A stretch of DNA of 64,000 nt from Carpediemonas membranifera BICM (lineage: Eukaryota > Protista > Fornicata): positions 636,735 through 700,734 of the forward strand of contig JAHDYR010000038.1 of NCBI GenBank assembly GCA_019828565.1, read 5' to 3'. Under the pieces are notes generated by a model. The model made no database searches and had not been told where the DNA came from. It was given only the letters and a program-made list of their open reading frames with translations. Positions 42,329 through 54,242 of this stretch are shown here, piece after piece; the first letter of the stretch is position 1, and each line of letters starts with the position of its first letter. A program made the translations under genes and the position numbers.

Positions 42329-45300
42329 ATGCGATCAGCAAAGATAACCGTATTGCTCTTGCTGTCTCTCCTGGCTTGCTGTAAGTGCTCCCAGAGCATT
42401 TCCAAGTACACCAACGCCACCGTTTTCGCCGACGACGACACCCTCTTCCTTTCCTCGATCCACAACGCCCGTGTTGATCTTTACACCCGCGAAGAGGGCG
42501 AATGGGTCTTCCAAGACCTTGTTAGTGACGGTCTGTCCGACAACATGTTTGGTTACGCCCTTGCCGTGTCTGACGCCTTCGTAGCGACTGTTCGTACTAC
42601 ACGCCCATCTCCAGGGCTCCCCATCGCTAACACAGTCTGCATACCTCGAAGGAAACGGCACCGTGTACGTCTATGATCGCCTAAGCACCGGCTTTGGTGC
42701 CCATGCCTTGATTCACGCCCCCGAAGACGTCTTCAGCTCCGGTGTACACCACCGAGTTGCCAAGTTCGGTGTTGCACTCAGCATTGAAGGTGACACGTTG
42801 GCCATCGGTGCTAGCGACGTGCATCCCGATGAAGAGTCCTATGGCTGGCTCAGCTACTTCATCTACTCCCACTCCACTGGGGTCTGGGTGAAGACTGCCG
42901 ACCTCATCGAAGGAACCTCGTCCAGCAACCCGCAGAACGCTATCGTCGTCAAGAACAACGCCATCTTCTATCGTTCCAGTGCCGGTACTATTACCATAGC
43001 CAGCGTGGACGGCTCTCGCTTGGCCACGATCGGAGATGAGTCCGGGTACACGGCATGCTTGGCCGCCACTGGCTCATGGCTCGTGGTCGGCGACAGTGAA
43101 GTGGACGCTGGCAACTGGTGGCATTCGGGCGAGACCTACGTCTACAACATCACCGACCCGACCAACGTCCCGCTCGTGTCCACGTTGGTGCCCCCCTTCC
43201 CGTATAATTCGTACTACGGCCTCTCCGTCTCGGCGTACAACAACACCGTCTCGGTCGGCGCTCACCAGGCATGGGATTATGTCTACAAGACGGGCGCTGC
43301 CTTTGTCTACAGGTACAACCCTGAGACGGCCGACTTCGAGCTCGCCCACAGCACGTACGGGGCTTCGTCCTACGACCACTACGGCTTCCTCGTCGCAACA
43401 TCTGACACCACCCTCGTGGTCATTGACGACACAAGCACGGGGCAGACGATCACCCTGGACTACTCCGTGTGCCCGGCCGGGTCTGAGGCTACTTCAGCTG
43501 GCGGATATGAGGCTTGCCCAGCTGGTACTTTCGCAGGCGCTCTCGACCCAGCCTGCTTGCCCTGCCCTCTCGGCACGTACCAGCCCTCCGTTGGCCAGTC
43601 AGCCTGCCTCGCCCCCGACGACGGCTACTACGCCCCTCCGTACAACCGCACCACCCAGCTGGCCTGCCCTGCCGGCTTCACCACTCACGAGGAGGGCTGG
43701 ACATGCGTGAACGCGTCGACCCCCTTCACCCTCGACGGCACGGATTTGAATGAGCCATATGTATACGGCCTCGCCGCTGACGCGGAGTACATTGCCGCAT
43801 CAGTCAGTAGTAACAGCTATCAGCTGCTGTTGTTCGATGCAGTGGCGGGCGACTTGCTCAGCAAGACGGAGCTCTCCAGCTCTATCGGCTCGGAAAACGA
43901 GTTTGTAGCCATGACTGACAGCCACATCATCGTCACAGCTTTTGTCAGGTATTCGATGTCGTCTGTCACAATACTTTCACGTGACACACAACCAATCGAA
44001 ATTGCGACAATGTACTACTCGTATGACGCAGATAAGATTGATCGCTTTGCCGATGTGGCAGGATTCCAGGCCCCCGACAGCACTGTGTCAACATTTGTCC
44101 TGGGGAACCCACGTTCTAACAATGGCGACATCTACGGCAGCGGGATGGTGATGCTTCTCACGGTTGACGGTACTGACGCGAGCAGCATCTCCACAACCCT
44201 TCTCAACGGCACGTCGGAGTATGAGCACATGGGCAGGAGCGTCGCGATCGACGAGAACTTCATCTATTTCACCAACGAGACGGGGTCGGCAATCAATGTT
44301 GTTGCCTGCACCCACGCTCTCTCCCCCGTCGCTGTTCTAGACTTGGACGGCGCGGACATCATCAGAACGAACGGAGAGCAACTGTTGGTTAGCTCCGATG
44401 GCAGCGTCAAGGCCTACTCCACTGGCACTCTCAGTCTCCTGTCCGAGATCACGCCCGCGTTCTTCAACATCGATGGTCACAAGGATAGCAGCACATCGTT
44501 CTATCCGTTTGGGGAAAGCATTGCGCTGTGCGGCGACCGTCTCGTCGTATCCGAACCTATCGCTTCCGGCGCCGAGGCGGAGGAGTCCGGCTACCTCTAC
44601 GTCTACCACAGCATCGGCGATGAGTGGGTACTCGATGACCGCATCCCTGGAACCTACAAGGAATCCCATGTCGGCTTTAACTCGCTCGCCTGCACTCCCA
44701 AGCTTCTCGTCGCTAGTTCAGCGAAAACATACCGTCCTGACCGGAGGAGCAATCATATCGATTTGCAGACGTCAGCGATGTCAAGCTGCGGGGCCGGGAC
44801 GAACGGAGTCTACCCCGCCTGTACGCCCTGCCAGCCTGGCACGTTCTCCCGCTTCGCTGACTCCATCTGCCTCAACGCGTCTGCCGGTTTCTTCACGAAC
44901 GTGAGCAACGCCAATGTCATGACCGAGTGCGCTCCCGGATACTACCAGCCGGAAGTAGGCCAGACCAGCTGCATTGCCGCAGACCCCGGGTTCTACGTCG
45001 ACCCCTCCGACCATTCCCAGCAGCTCGAGTGCCCGCCAGGCTACTTCTCCAGTGACCCTGCAGCCGCGTCCTGCACACCAGCTGACCCCGGCTACTACGT
45101 CTCGCCCGCCGACCGGACGTCCCAGGTCAGATGTACTGTCCTCGGAACATACTCCCTCGGTGGGGCGGGTGGCGCGACGTCATGCACAGTTGTCGAGGCC
45201 GGGTACTATGCGACTTCACAGTTTATAAGAGGCCCCTGCCACGCAGGCAAATACCAGGACGAGACAGGGCAGACCGAGTGCAAGTCCGTCACCGCGCCTG

Positions 45301-47273
45301 ACACGTACACGCCCGTCAGTGGGGCCTGGTCCGAGCCAAAGGCCTGCCCCGAAGGCTTCACCAGTACCGCAAACCATCAAGGGTGTGTAGCTGGCCATAT
45401 GGACTTCGTGGCTGGAATTTCAGACGTATACACGTTCTACGCCGACGCGTTCGTCAACGCCACAGAGGGCCTCTACGCCGGCAGCTTCTCCTTCTCAGCC
45501 CTCCCGACCGGCTGCACTATGGTCTCGAGTAACAAGGTCCGCTGCACCCAGCCCGTCACCAGTCCGACGTTCACGGTGACGTTTACTGCAGGCGGAGAGT
45601 CGCACACGACGACCGCGACGCTCAAGCTGTTCAAAATGACCAGGCCGACCGCGCTTCCCCTAGCTCTTCTTGTTGGAGGAGCCGACACCTCTCTGGCCCT
45701 CGACCTCGGATTTGACATCGCCCCTGCAGAACCCGACTGCCCTGTGGTATACTCGCTCAGCGGAGCGCCTTCTTGGGCGACGGTCAATGAAACCGCGCTG
45801 ATTCTGGCACCAGTTGGGTCGACTCCATCGTCGTCAGCCGCCAACCTGACAGTTACAAGCTGCGCAGGTGTTGCCTCGACCAAGCACCTATCGCTGACGT
45901 ATCTCGCGATTGACGGTTCTTCGAAGATCGCCCAATCTCCGACGAATAGCGTTGTGTTTGAGCCCATCAACGGCATGGCAGTCACCAACGTCACTATCGC
46001 TGGCCAGTCTGGCACCGTTATTATTGACGGGAATACGGGCGAGGCCATTTACGTGCCCATCGGGCCGACTGCGAACGGGACGACGACGATGACTGTGACT
46101 CTCGCAGACGGCGGGTCGACGACGATGGAGGTCACCGTCCCCGCCATCCCGGTCGAGTACAACGTCCCGTCCGAAGTCTGGTTAAGCGGCCACATGATGA
46201 CTGCCCGCACGCTTGCCGTCAATGGGTCCTGCGCCGCCAGTCTCGAGGCCAGCTACCTTGGTGAGACGAACGTGACGACCGCCGTCCTTGCCAACGGGTC
46301 CATGTATTGTGTCGCGACCGCCCCAACAACGCCCACGCTCCTCCGCGCCATGGAGTACGCTGTTTACGCCGACGGGGCCGTTATGTCAAGCGGCAGCACC
46401 GAGCCCGAGAAGTTGTGCATCGGCATCCCCCAGACGGCCAGCAATTCGAACGCATCATTTGATGGTGCGCCTTCTTCACTCTTGTCATTCGGGATCAAGG
46501 TGAACTCCAAAATATTTACGGCCAATTCATACAACCATATCTACTCGGAGGACGGGCAAGTGTGCGTCGACATCAATGTTCGGTATGTCACGAGCATTGA
46601 CTCTGACGATACCGTCGACGTCCTGAAGTCCGATAATATCCTCTCGGTCGACCTGCTGTACGCCTCAGTTTCCGTCTTTCACACGGACTTCGAGTTGCCT
46701 GGCGAGCCGTCCAACCTGGAGAAGCTTATCACTGTGGCGGTCGCAGCTTTGGCAGTGATTGTGGGCGTTGTTCTGCTGGTACTTTGCCTCGTCTGCTGCA
46801 TTGCCCCCCCGCTCTGCGCTGCGCTGATCCTCCTCGTCGCCATCCTCAGCGTTCCTGTCCTCCTGCTGGCATCCCCAGTGATCGCTCTCGTCCTTTGCTG
46901 CATGTGCTGTTGCATGTGCTGCTGCTGCATCAGACGGTTACGCCGTAAGAAGAAGGCCCGCAAGAGCAAACATGCACTGGTCGTACCCGACCCTGTCATC
47001 ATGGTGCCAGATGCCATCGAGGAGCAGGTTTTCTTGCCCCTGCCTGACAACCTCACTGCCCCCAGCCCCGGCGACCCCCTCTACCCGGCCGTGTCTGACT
47101 CCGCTGAGTCGGATAGTGAATCCGAATCTGAATCTGCGGGTGAGTCTGATACGAGCGATCCCCACTCGGTCGACCGTCCCGAGTCAGCTGCTGATAGCCC
47201 AGTCGTTCCCCAGGAGCCTACTGTCGAACCGCACCCCGCCTTCGAAGGTGACTCGGCGGACTTCAACGAATGA
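42329..47273 (+). CDS. Large type I surface protein: signal peptide, FG-GAP-like propellers, Cys-rich (GCC2/GCC3-like) repeats, TM, Cys/basic and acidic tail; intron 42590-42635
   Basis: A 46-nt GTTCGT..CTAAC..CAG intron joins the signal-peptide exon in frame. FG..LA..GA..G.VYVY motifs; CPAG/CAPGYYQ repeats. Confidence 0.85.
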
Positions 47274-47689
47274 ATGAGTAAAGATTGATAACAGTGGTGG
47301 CTGGCTTTGGTGTTGCCGGTCCTTTCTGATCGGATAGGCCAAACTAAACTGATAGCAGAATGACTTACTTGATCAATCATTTACTGGCGTTTACATGACG
47401 AGTACTAGCAGGCACACAACAGTCAAACCGAGGACGGACTGAGTTCCGTCGATATAATCGTGCCCGTAGGCAAACACCATGCCGCCAGTTGTGGTGAGCT
47501 CTGTAAATCCTTTAGTGTGTCCATGGTTAAAGTGACTCGACTGGAGTCACCCTGCGTGACTCCACCGAGTCATCTTCTGAACCCGAGCTGCCGACTGGGC
47601 AGGCATCGCGTACGCGTGCACCCACGACACCAGTGTTGTCGGCGAATGGCGAGCTGCACAGAATCATGTCGCCAACCCTACTGACAGTT

Positions 47690-48140
47690 CACGCGGCAAA
47701 GTTGTCAGTGTCGATGTTAGAAGGGGTGAGTTGAACAGTCTCGTCCCATGCGCCGTCGTTCCTGTTGTACACGTGGGTGAGTTTGAGGTCAGGTAGAGCG
47801 TCTCCTCATCGAGAAGGATGCCGATCCCAAGGAAAGTCCACTCGCTCGGGTTGCAAGAAAGCGTAGCCACGGATTCCCAGGTCGACCCCGAGCGTTCGTA
47901 TACATAGGCACTGCTGATACCACGCCCGCTTCATTGGACACCAGACTGACCACGACGGTCTCGCCAAGTAGAGCGACGGCATATCCGAACGATCCTCCGG
48001 TGTCGGGGTGGGGCGAGGTGAACCTGACCTGCTGATTCCAGGCCGAGCCGTCGTAGGAGAAGACGTAGGCGGCGCCAGCATTGGTAACTTCTAAGGTGTT
48101 GGCCCAAGGGGCGCCGATGAGAATGAAGTCGTCATATTCA
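47690..48140 (-). pseudogene. Frameshifted FG-GAP repeat gene fragment
   Basis: ILIGAPWA...AGAAYVFSYDGSAWNQQ...FGYAVAL, then SAYVYERSGSTWESVATL, then VYNRNDGAWDETVQLTP, across two frame changes. Confidence 0.7.
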
Positions 48141-48262
48141 TATTCATGTATTCCTACGAGACACCACGGCCCCTAGATGACTCCCAGCTGTCTGCTACTC
48201 GTCGTCCTCGAGGACGGCAGTCTCGGTTGGCCGGCTCAGAGTCGACGACAGTCGGCTTCATC

Positions 48263-49975
48263 ATGGGGGACCAGTGGACGAGCTGTTTGAAGGAGTACGG
48301 CGCTGCAAACATCTATGAGCTGAAGTGTGGCAATATTGATGTTGAAGGAACGATCAAGCGGCTTCAGACCCATGCTAACGGCAAACGGGTGAAGAACAAG
48401 CAGCTCAAGGGCTATCTGCTTCAGCAGAGGACAAAGCTGGCAAAGCTTCGTGCTTCTACGTCCTCTGAAGCTGACGAGGACCCCAGACTTTGGGCTATCC
48501 TCCGCCCCGAGGCCCGCGAGCACTTTGATCACGTGAACCACCGCGGCCTTGGCCAAATGCTCCTCCAGACGCTGGCCCCGCACACACTCTCCTCCCATTC
48601 GCCCTGGTACACCGTCAACCACCCCTTGCAGGTCAAGGGCGTCCTGACGATCTTCATTCACGGCATGGACGGGGCGCAGTGGGACGCCCTCGAGGACGGC
48701 GTCCAGGAGATCCAGGAAAACACGCTGCATGTGGAGCAAAGCGATGCTGATCCGACAAAGATGTGGCCGGCGGACAGGCCGACCTCGTTCTGGATGGGGG
48801 CAGACGTCCGTGCTCTCCTGGGGGAGGTCAGGCCCAGAGAGGTCGACACCGTTTTCTACGACGGGATGATGTGCCGGGGGACAAGGATCAAGCAGAAGGT
48901 GAAGCAGCGCACCGCCTCCCTCTGCGACTTCGTTCTCACCCAGGAAGAGATGGAGACTCACGCTTACCCAGCCGTAGCCAAAGATTCATATGAATCTGCC
49001 ATGTCGAATCTCAGGATCGCGACGATAGCCCAGGTCCGGCTCAAAGACGGGGCGCCTCTCCTGGCCATGGACTGCGAGATGGTCGAGACGGAGTACGGCA
49101 GCGCGCTGGCCAGGGTCGCTGTCGTTGACGGGGCGACTCGGGCGACTGTGCTTGACATGCTGGTCATGCCGGAGTCACCGGTCACTGATTATCTCACACC
49201 ATATTCCGGCATTTCCGAGTCGACTCTGGTTGGAGTCACCAACACTCTGGCGGATGCCCAGGCTGCTGTCAGGAAGCTCATCGCGGACACAGCTGCGGCC
49301 CACGACCAGACCATGCCCATCCTGGTCGGCCACAGCCTGGAGAACGATCTGGGGGCTCTCCAGCTGGCCTACCCGCTCGTCCTCGACAGCGCCGTCATTT
49401 ACTCCAAGGCCGGGAGCATTTTTAAGAAGAAGCTCTCAAAGTTGACTCGGCAATACCTGAAGCGCGAGATCCAGGAGGGCACTGACGGCCACTCCCCGGC
49501 CGAGGACGCCCTGGCTTCGCTCGAACTCTGCAAGCGGGCGATAGAGAAGGACGATCTTTCCTTCCGAGTCCCCACGCACGAGTTTGAGCCCCTGCCCAAG
49601 GTGCTGTGGGACGCCAAGACACTACTCCGGACAGAAGCGGTCGTGATCTCGGCAGATCCGGTGTATTTGGATGAGTCAATCATCGGAGACTCGGCCACGG
49701 TCACTGCCCACCAGACTGCGGATGACGCTGAGACTGTCGCCTCAACTGTTTCCGTGCTCGATCGCCAGGGCGGGTCTACAGTGGCGGGTGTCCATAAGCT
49801 TCTCTGCATCTCATGTCTCGCTGCTGGGCAGGGTGTCGGCGGTCGGGTTCAGGCGATGGTGGACGCCGCGCCGGCCGGTTTCGTGATGATGGTGGTTGCC
49901 GTCCCTGATGCAGTGGAAGGGCAGGTGGACCTCAGCAGACCTGGGAGGGTTCTTGTGGCGACGAAGCAGCAGTAA
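48263..49975 (+). CDS. RNA exonuclease, REXO1/Rnh70-like (DEDDh)
   Basis: AMDCEMV, YLTPYSGI, LVGHSLENDL, VLDSA and GHSPAEDA motifs. Confidence 0.9.
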   Translation: MGDQWTSCLKEYGAANIYELKCGNIDVEGTIKRLQTHANGKRVKNKQLKGYLLQQRTKLAKLRASTSSEADEDPRLWAILRPEAREHFDHVNHRGLGQMLLQTLAPHTLSSHSPWYTVNHPLQVKGVLTIFIHGMDGAQWDALEDGVQEIQENTLHVEQSDADPTKMWPADRPTSFWMGADVRALLGEVRPREVDTVFYDGMMCRGTRIKQKVKQRTASLCDFVLTQEEMETHAYPAVAKDSYESAMSNLRIATIAQVRLKDGAPLLAMDCEMVETEYGSALARVAVVDGATRATVLDMLVMPESPVTDYLTPYSGISESTLVGVTNTLADAQAAVRKLIADTAAAHDQTMPILVGHSLENDLGALQLAYPLVLDSAVIYSKAGSIFKKKLSKLTRQYLKREIQEGTDGHSPAEDALASLELCKRAIEKDDLSFRVPTHEFEPLPKVLWDAKTLLRTEAVVISADPVYLDESIIGDSATVTAHQTADDAETVASTVSVLDRQGGSTVAGVHKLLCISCLAAGQGVGGRVQAMVDAAPAGFVMMVVAVPDAVEGQVDLSRPGRVLVATKQQ

Positions 49976-50064
49976 AATATGCGGTTTATGCACGTAAGTA
50001 GGAGGGAGACAGGGCAGTGTTGCGCAGTACTAGACTCGGCGTAACCTGCACACTCGTCAAATCG

Positions 50065-51777
50065 ATGGCTGAGAAAGTAGCAAAGAACGGAAAGGAGGCG
50101 TCCAGAAACGGAAGAGGTAAGAACAAGAAGGGAAAGAAGCCAGCACAACCGCAGGCTAGCCCTGGCTTCACCGAGGATGCGATCAAGGCCATGTGCACAG
50201 TTCTCGCCGTCCTTCCAGAGAACGCCCCTGTTATCGCACCAGTGGACTATCCTTTCACAGCCAAGGCGTGTATAGCATCCCTTCCATTCACCGCAGTTCA
50301 GGCCTACATCATCCAAACTGGCGTGGACGCGTACAATTCTTTCATGGCCCGCATCCGCCATACTGTGGACGTCCAGCAGTTCCTGTCGGACCGGGATTTC
50401 AAGGCCCCCAAGCTCCCAGCGGACGAGTTGGCCGTGCTCTCGAAGCTGGTCCCTGCAGTCGCGAAGATGCTCAAGGCCCGCCACGCCACCCGCGACGTCG
50501 CTTCTATTGACGCCATTGCCGCTGCTGCAGTCCATGAGGCTGCCTTCCTTCACGGCCGCTCCGTGACCGCGCTGTCTAAGCTGAAGAACGGGGCCAACTG
50601 TTCCATCATGGCCATCAAGGGCGAACTGGTCAGCGAGGAGCTCGTGGAGGACGTGAAGAGGTGTAATAAGCTCATGGAGAAGCTCATCAAGCACGGCAAG
50701 GGAAAGGACCCTGCTTTCCGGCTTAGGTCGCCGACTGTCAAGCAGATACAGGCGATCGAGGGAGTCGAGGAGGTCTTGAATCTGCAGGATATCGAATTCA
50801 TCGCCCAGTTGCACTCTGACATCACCACCTCGAAGCAGAGGATGGTCTCGCCCTGCATCGACACCACGGCCGCCATTGGGGCCCACAACCTGAAGGACGT
50901 GAGGTTCACCAATGAAGAAAGCCTACTCATCGGCGAGGATCATGAGGTGCAGGGCAAACCTGCGCCCCTAGCTGCCGCCCTTAATCAAATGATGCGAGAT
51001 GCCGAGGCGCTGATCAAACGCCAGGGCGGCCCCGGGGTGCGGCCCCTCGTTGTGCCGACCAACAATCGCTGCAACTCGATCTCTGCCACCCAAGCCCGTC
51101 TCCGCCTCTTCATGTCGCCCGGCAGCGTTGAGGGTGTCCAGAGCTTCCTCGCCCTCGAGGACGCCCGACGGAAGGCCAGGGGTCTGGCTGTACCCCAGTG
51201 GAAGCTTGACTGCGTGGGGGCGCCCCAGTTCAGGTGCGGTGTGCCTGTGGTGGTCGTGAGCAACCCAAACCAGCTCATGAGCGAGGCGGCCGAGATCATG
51301 GGCAACAGCGTGCTCGGGTTCGATACTGAGTGGAAGCCGACGTTCAGGCCTGGCGAGAAGCCCACCCAGGTCGATCTCGTTCAGCTTGCTTCTGACCGCA
51401 AGTGCTGGGTCATTCAGACAAACTTCGCCGTGACAACCCCTGCCGCGAGGGAGATACTGGCCAAGTGCGTCGAGGGCCCCACTCTTGCGGGCGTGGGTGT
51501 GTCGGGCGATCAGAAGCTCCTTGAGCTCACCGTCGGCCGCAGCCTGGAGCTCAAGACGGCCGAACTCATGCAGCTCGGCAACAGGATGAAGCTCGCTAAC
51601 AAGGGCCTCCAGTCCCTCGTGTGGCACGTTTGCGGGGAGGAGATGAAGAAGTCGAAGAAGCTCAGCATGTTCAACTGGAGCCTGAGGAGCATCCCCCAGG
51701 CCAACCTGGACTATGCCGCGGCCGATGCGTGGGCAGGGCTGGTCCTATATAAGGCCATGGTCTCGGGTGAGGTGTGA
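50065..51777 (+). CDS. WRN/Mut-7-like 3'-5' exonuclease (DEDDy) with long N-terminal extension
   Basis: LGFDTEWKP, LVQLAS, GVGVSGD, GLQSLV and FNWS...YAAADA motifs. Confidence 0.88.
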   Translation: MAEKVAKNGKEASRNGRGKNKKGKKPAQPQASPGFTEDAIKAMCTVLAVLPENAPVIAPVDYPFTAKACIASLPFTAVQAYIIQTGVDAYNSFMARIRHTVDVQQFLSDRDFKAPKLPADELAVLSKLVPAVAKMLKARHATRDVASIDAIAAAAVHEAAFLHGRSVTALSKLKNGANCSIMAIKGELVSEELVEDVKRCNKLMEKLIKHGKGKDPAFRLRSPTVKQIQAIEGVEEVLNLQDIEFIAQLHSDITTSKQRMVSPCIDTTAAIGAHNLKDVRFTNEESLLIGEDHEVQGKPAPLAAALNQMMRDAEALIKRQGGPGVRPLVVPTNNRCNSISATQARLRLFMSPGSVEGVQSFLALEDARRKARGLAVPQWKLDCVGAPQFRCGVPVVVVSNPNQLMSEAAEIMGNSVLGFDTEWKPTFRPGEKPTQVDLVQLASDRKCWVIQTNFAVTTPAAREILAKCVEGPTLAGVGVSGDQKLLELTVGRSLELKTAELMQLGNRMKLANKGLQSLVWHVCGEEMKKSKKLSMFNWSLRSIPQANLDYAAADAWAGLVLYKAMVSGEV

Positions 51778-51991
51778 TTCACATTCTTTCTCGATTGCGT
51801 ATCTCGATTTGATTTTATCAAGATCAGAAATCGGGATTGGTGTGTAAACTGGTGATTGCGATCTTTGATTCCGTGTCAGATATGCGGTGAATATGGGATG
51901 CACCTGAAGTAAGAACTGAGACCGTTAGATCCTGGTTGTATCCTCCAGGTCAACGATGGTCAAAACAAAAGCGCCTTCCAACCAATAACCA

Positions 51992-53419
51992 ATGATTCTC
52001 AAGTGCCTGCTTCTCGCCTTGCTTGTTGCTGGTTGTTTTGCTATTCATACCGCCGAGGAGTGGGAGAATGGCCGCGTTGTATACCAGGTCCTCACTGATC
52101 GTTATGCCCGCACAAACGGAGACACTTCTTCCTGCAACGACATCCGCAGGTACTGTGGTGGCACTTTCAAGGGCCTTGAGAACAACCTCGACAAGATTGC
52201 TGATCTTGGCTTCAACGCCATCTGGATTTCCCCCATCGTCTCTCAAATCGACGCGAACGACGGCGATGGCTTCCACGGCTACTGGTTCAAGGACATCTAT
52301 GAGATCAACTCCCACTTCGGCACTTCCGAGGACCTCAAGTCCCTCGTCAAGGCCGCGCACGCCAAGGACATATGGATCATGCTCGACGTCGTCTTCAATC
52401 ATCCAGGCCCCATCGGTAACGACTTCAGCCAGATCAACCCGTTCAACAAGCCCGAGCACTACCACTCTGACTGCGAGATCACCAACTGGAATGACCAGAA
52501 CAACGTCGAGTACTGCCGTTTGAGCGGGCTCCCCGACCTCGCCCAGTCTGGTGACAACATGAACCAATGGGTGCACGACACCCTCATCTCATGGATCGAG
52601 GACGTTGTCAAGGAGTACGACATTGACGGGCTCCGCTGCGACACAGTGCCTGAGGTGCACACGACGTTCTGGGACGACATGTCCGCTGCCATCGACGGCG
52701 GCTACGCGGTCGGTGAGGTCTACAACGGCCGTGAGGACTACGTTGCTTCATACACCCACCACCTGCCCGCAGTTCTCTCGTATCCCATGTTCTTTACCCT
52801 GAACAACGTCTTCATCAACAGAAACGATATGTCCCAGATCGAGAGCACTTACCGGTCGTATGAGAACAACGTCCGCGACATCCTCGCCCTCGGCACCTTT
52901 GCCGAGAACCACGACCAGCCCCGCTTCCTTCACCAGAGAAACGACGTCAAGGCGTTTGCCAGCATGCTTGCTTATACCCTCACCGCGGACGGTGTTCCGA
53001 TCATGTACTACGGCGCGGAGAAGGGCTTTAACGGCGCCAACGACCCCTACAACCGCGAGCCGTACTGGTCCCGTTCAGGCTACGACAGCTACCTCTACCA
53101 AGTAATCAAGGCAATTGCCACCCTCCGCAAGGAGAACAAGGAGGAGTGGGGCAGCCAGAAGATGACTTTCGGCCACGTCGAGGACGACCTCATCACGTAC
53201 TGGAAGGGCAAGGTCTTTACCACGCTGACCAACGTCGGATCAGACGGGGCTGAGGTCCAGCGGTACGCTAAGAAGCATCCGTATGCACCTGGCGAGACTG
53301 TGTGCAACGTGGTGTGGGGTGCCAAGGATTGCGTCGTTATTGAGAACGACGGGACCATGGAAGTCGCCCTTGAGTCCGGTGAGCCCAAGGTTTGGGTCCC
53401 TAAGAGCTGGGTGCAGTAA
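51992..53419 (+). CDS. Secreted alpha-amylase (GH13, eukaryotic AmyA type)
   Basis: Signal peptide, YQVLTDRY, YCGGTFKG, FHGYW, DVVFNH; catalytic GLRCDTV, GEV and ENHD. Confidence 0.95.
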   Translation: MILKCLLLALLVAGCFAIHTAEEWENGRVVYQVLTDRYARTNGDTSSCNDIRRYCGGTFKGLENNLDKIADLGFNAIWISPIVSQIDANDGDGFHGYWFKDIYEINSHFGTSEDLKSLVKAAHAKDIWIMLDVVFNHPGPIGNDFSQINPFNKPEHYHSDCEITNWNDQNNVEYCRLSGLPDLAQSGDNMNQWVHDTLISWIEDVVKEYDIDGLRCDTVPEVHTTFWDDMSAAIDGGYAVGEVYNGREDYVASYTHHLPAVLSYPMFFTLNNVFINRNDMSQIESTYRSYENNVRDILALGTFAENHDQPRFLHQRNDVKAFASMLAYTLTADGVPIMYYGAEKGFNGANDPYNREPYWSRSGYDSYLYQVIKAIATLRKENKEEWGSQKMTFGHVEDDLITYWKGKVFTTLTNVGSDGAEVQRYAKKHPYAPGETVCNVVWGAKDCVVIENDGTMEVALESGEPKVWVPKSWVQ

Positions 53420-53543
53420 AGCTGCTTTATGTAATTTACTCTCCTGTATGTATGTGTCCGACAGCGTTATGTGGAGGTTGGCGTTTGGTTAGGAGTGAGT
53501 GACTTGCGTGTCCAGCAAGCAGGCTGTGGCATCATGACAAAGC

Positions 53544-54242
53544 CTAACAGAACAGCCACATCAGCACTGCCTCAAGAATGCGGACCGCGCTCCGTCTGTT
53601 GCCCCAGTCGCGTCGTTGCCCCCTCTCCCTTGCCCCGTGGTCAAACCCTCGTCGTCTCCTCCCTGGCGCACCGCAGGTCGACCTCGGTGTTGCTGGCGCG
53701 TCCTCAACCAGTTCAAATGTCACAGTTGACATGAACCCAAGACTAACATAGCTTGGGCATTGCTCGCCCTCCTCGATGACTGTAATGTCCTCGCATGAGT
53801 ATGACGGGAAGGAGCGCGGCGTCAGACTCAGCGACACCCCTGTTCTCTCGCGCATGGTTCGAGCTGCTTTCATCTCACTAGCTTGGGGTAGGGATGGGAG
53901 GTCGACGTCGTTCGTCTCGTCGTGCATGACGTCCTCGACTGGACCAAACGTCACGCCACAATCGTTCTTGAAGCTGCCGGCCGCAGTAATATCTCTAACT
54001 GGGTCTGCTCGGGTCTGACGCAGTCGAGCTTGCGTGCCCTGATGAAGCTTGCCGAGCTGCTCCAAAGCATTCCTGCCGTTAGCAGCGTCCTGGGCGAGCC
54101 GGTGCAGGAACCTGACCGAGGACACCTTCATACGCAATATACCGGCAATATCACTCATGTCATGACCCCTTTCGTGGAGCTTGAGAGTGATGTCTGCCTT
54201 TTCGGTATTCTGAATGCACTTCCGAATCTCTTTGTTTCGCAT
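53544..54242 (-). CDS. Hypothetical protein with possible N-terminal helix-turn-helix
   Basis: KLHERGHDMSDIAGILRMKVSSVRFLHR has an HTH-like pattern; remainder unrecognised. Confidence 0.4.
   Translation of the reverse strand: MRNKEIRKCIQNTEKADITLKLHERGHDMSDIAGILRMKVSSVRFLHRLAQDAANGRNALEQLGKLHQGTQARLRQTRADPVRDITAAGSFKNDCGVTFGPVEDVMHDETNDVDLPSLPQASEMKAARTMRERTGVSLSLTPRSFPSYSCEDITVIEEGEQCPSYVSLGFMSTVTFELVEDAPATPRSTCGAPGRRRRGFDHGARERGQRRDWGNRRSAVRILEAVLMWLFC

Noticed and set aside
9124-53419. Hexamitid-type code (TAA/TAG = Gln)
   Set aside because: Conserved proteins end at TAG (ODC) and TAA (amylase, kinesin) at plausible C-termini, and long ORFs lack internal TAA/TAG.
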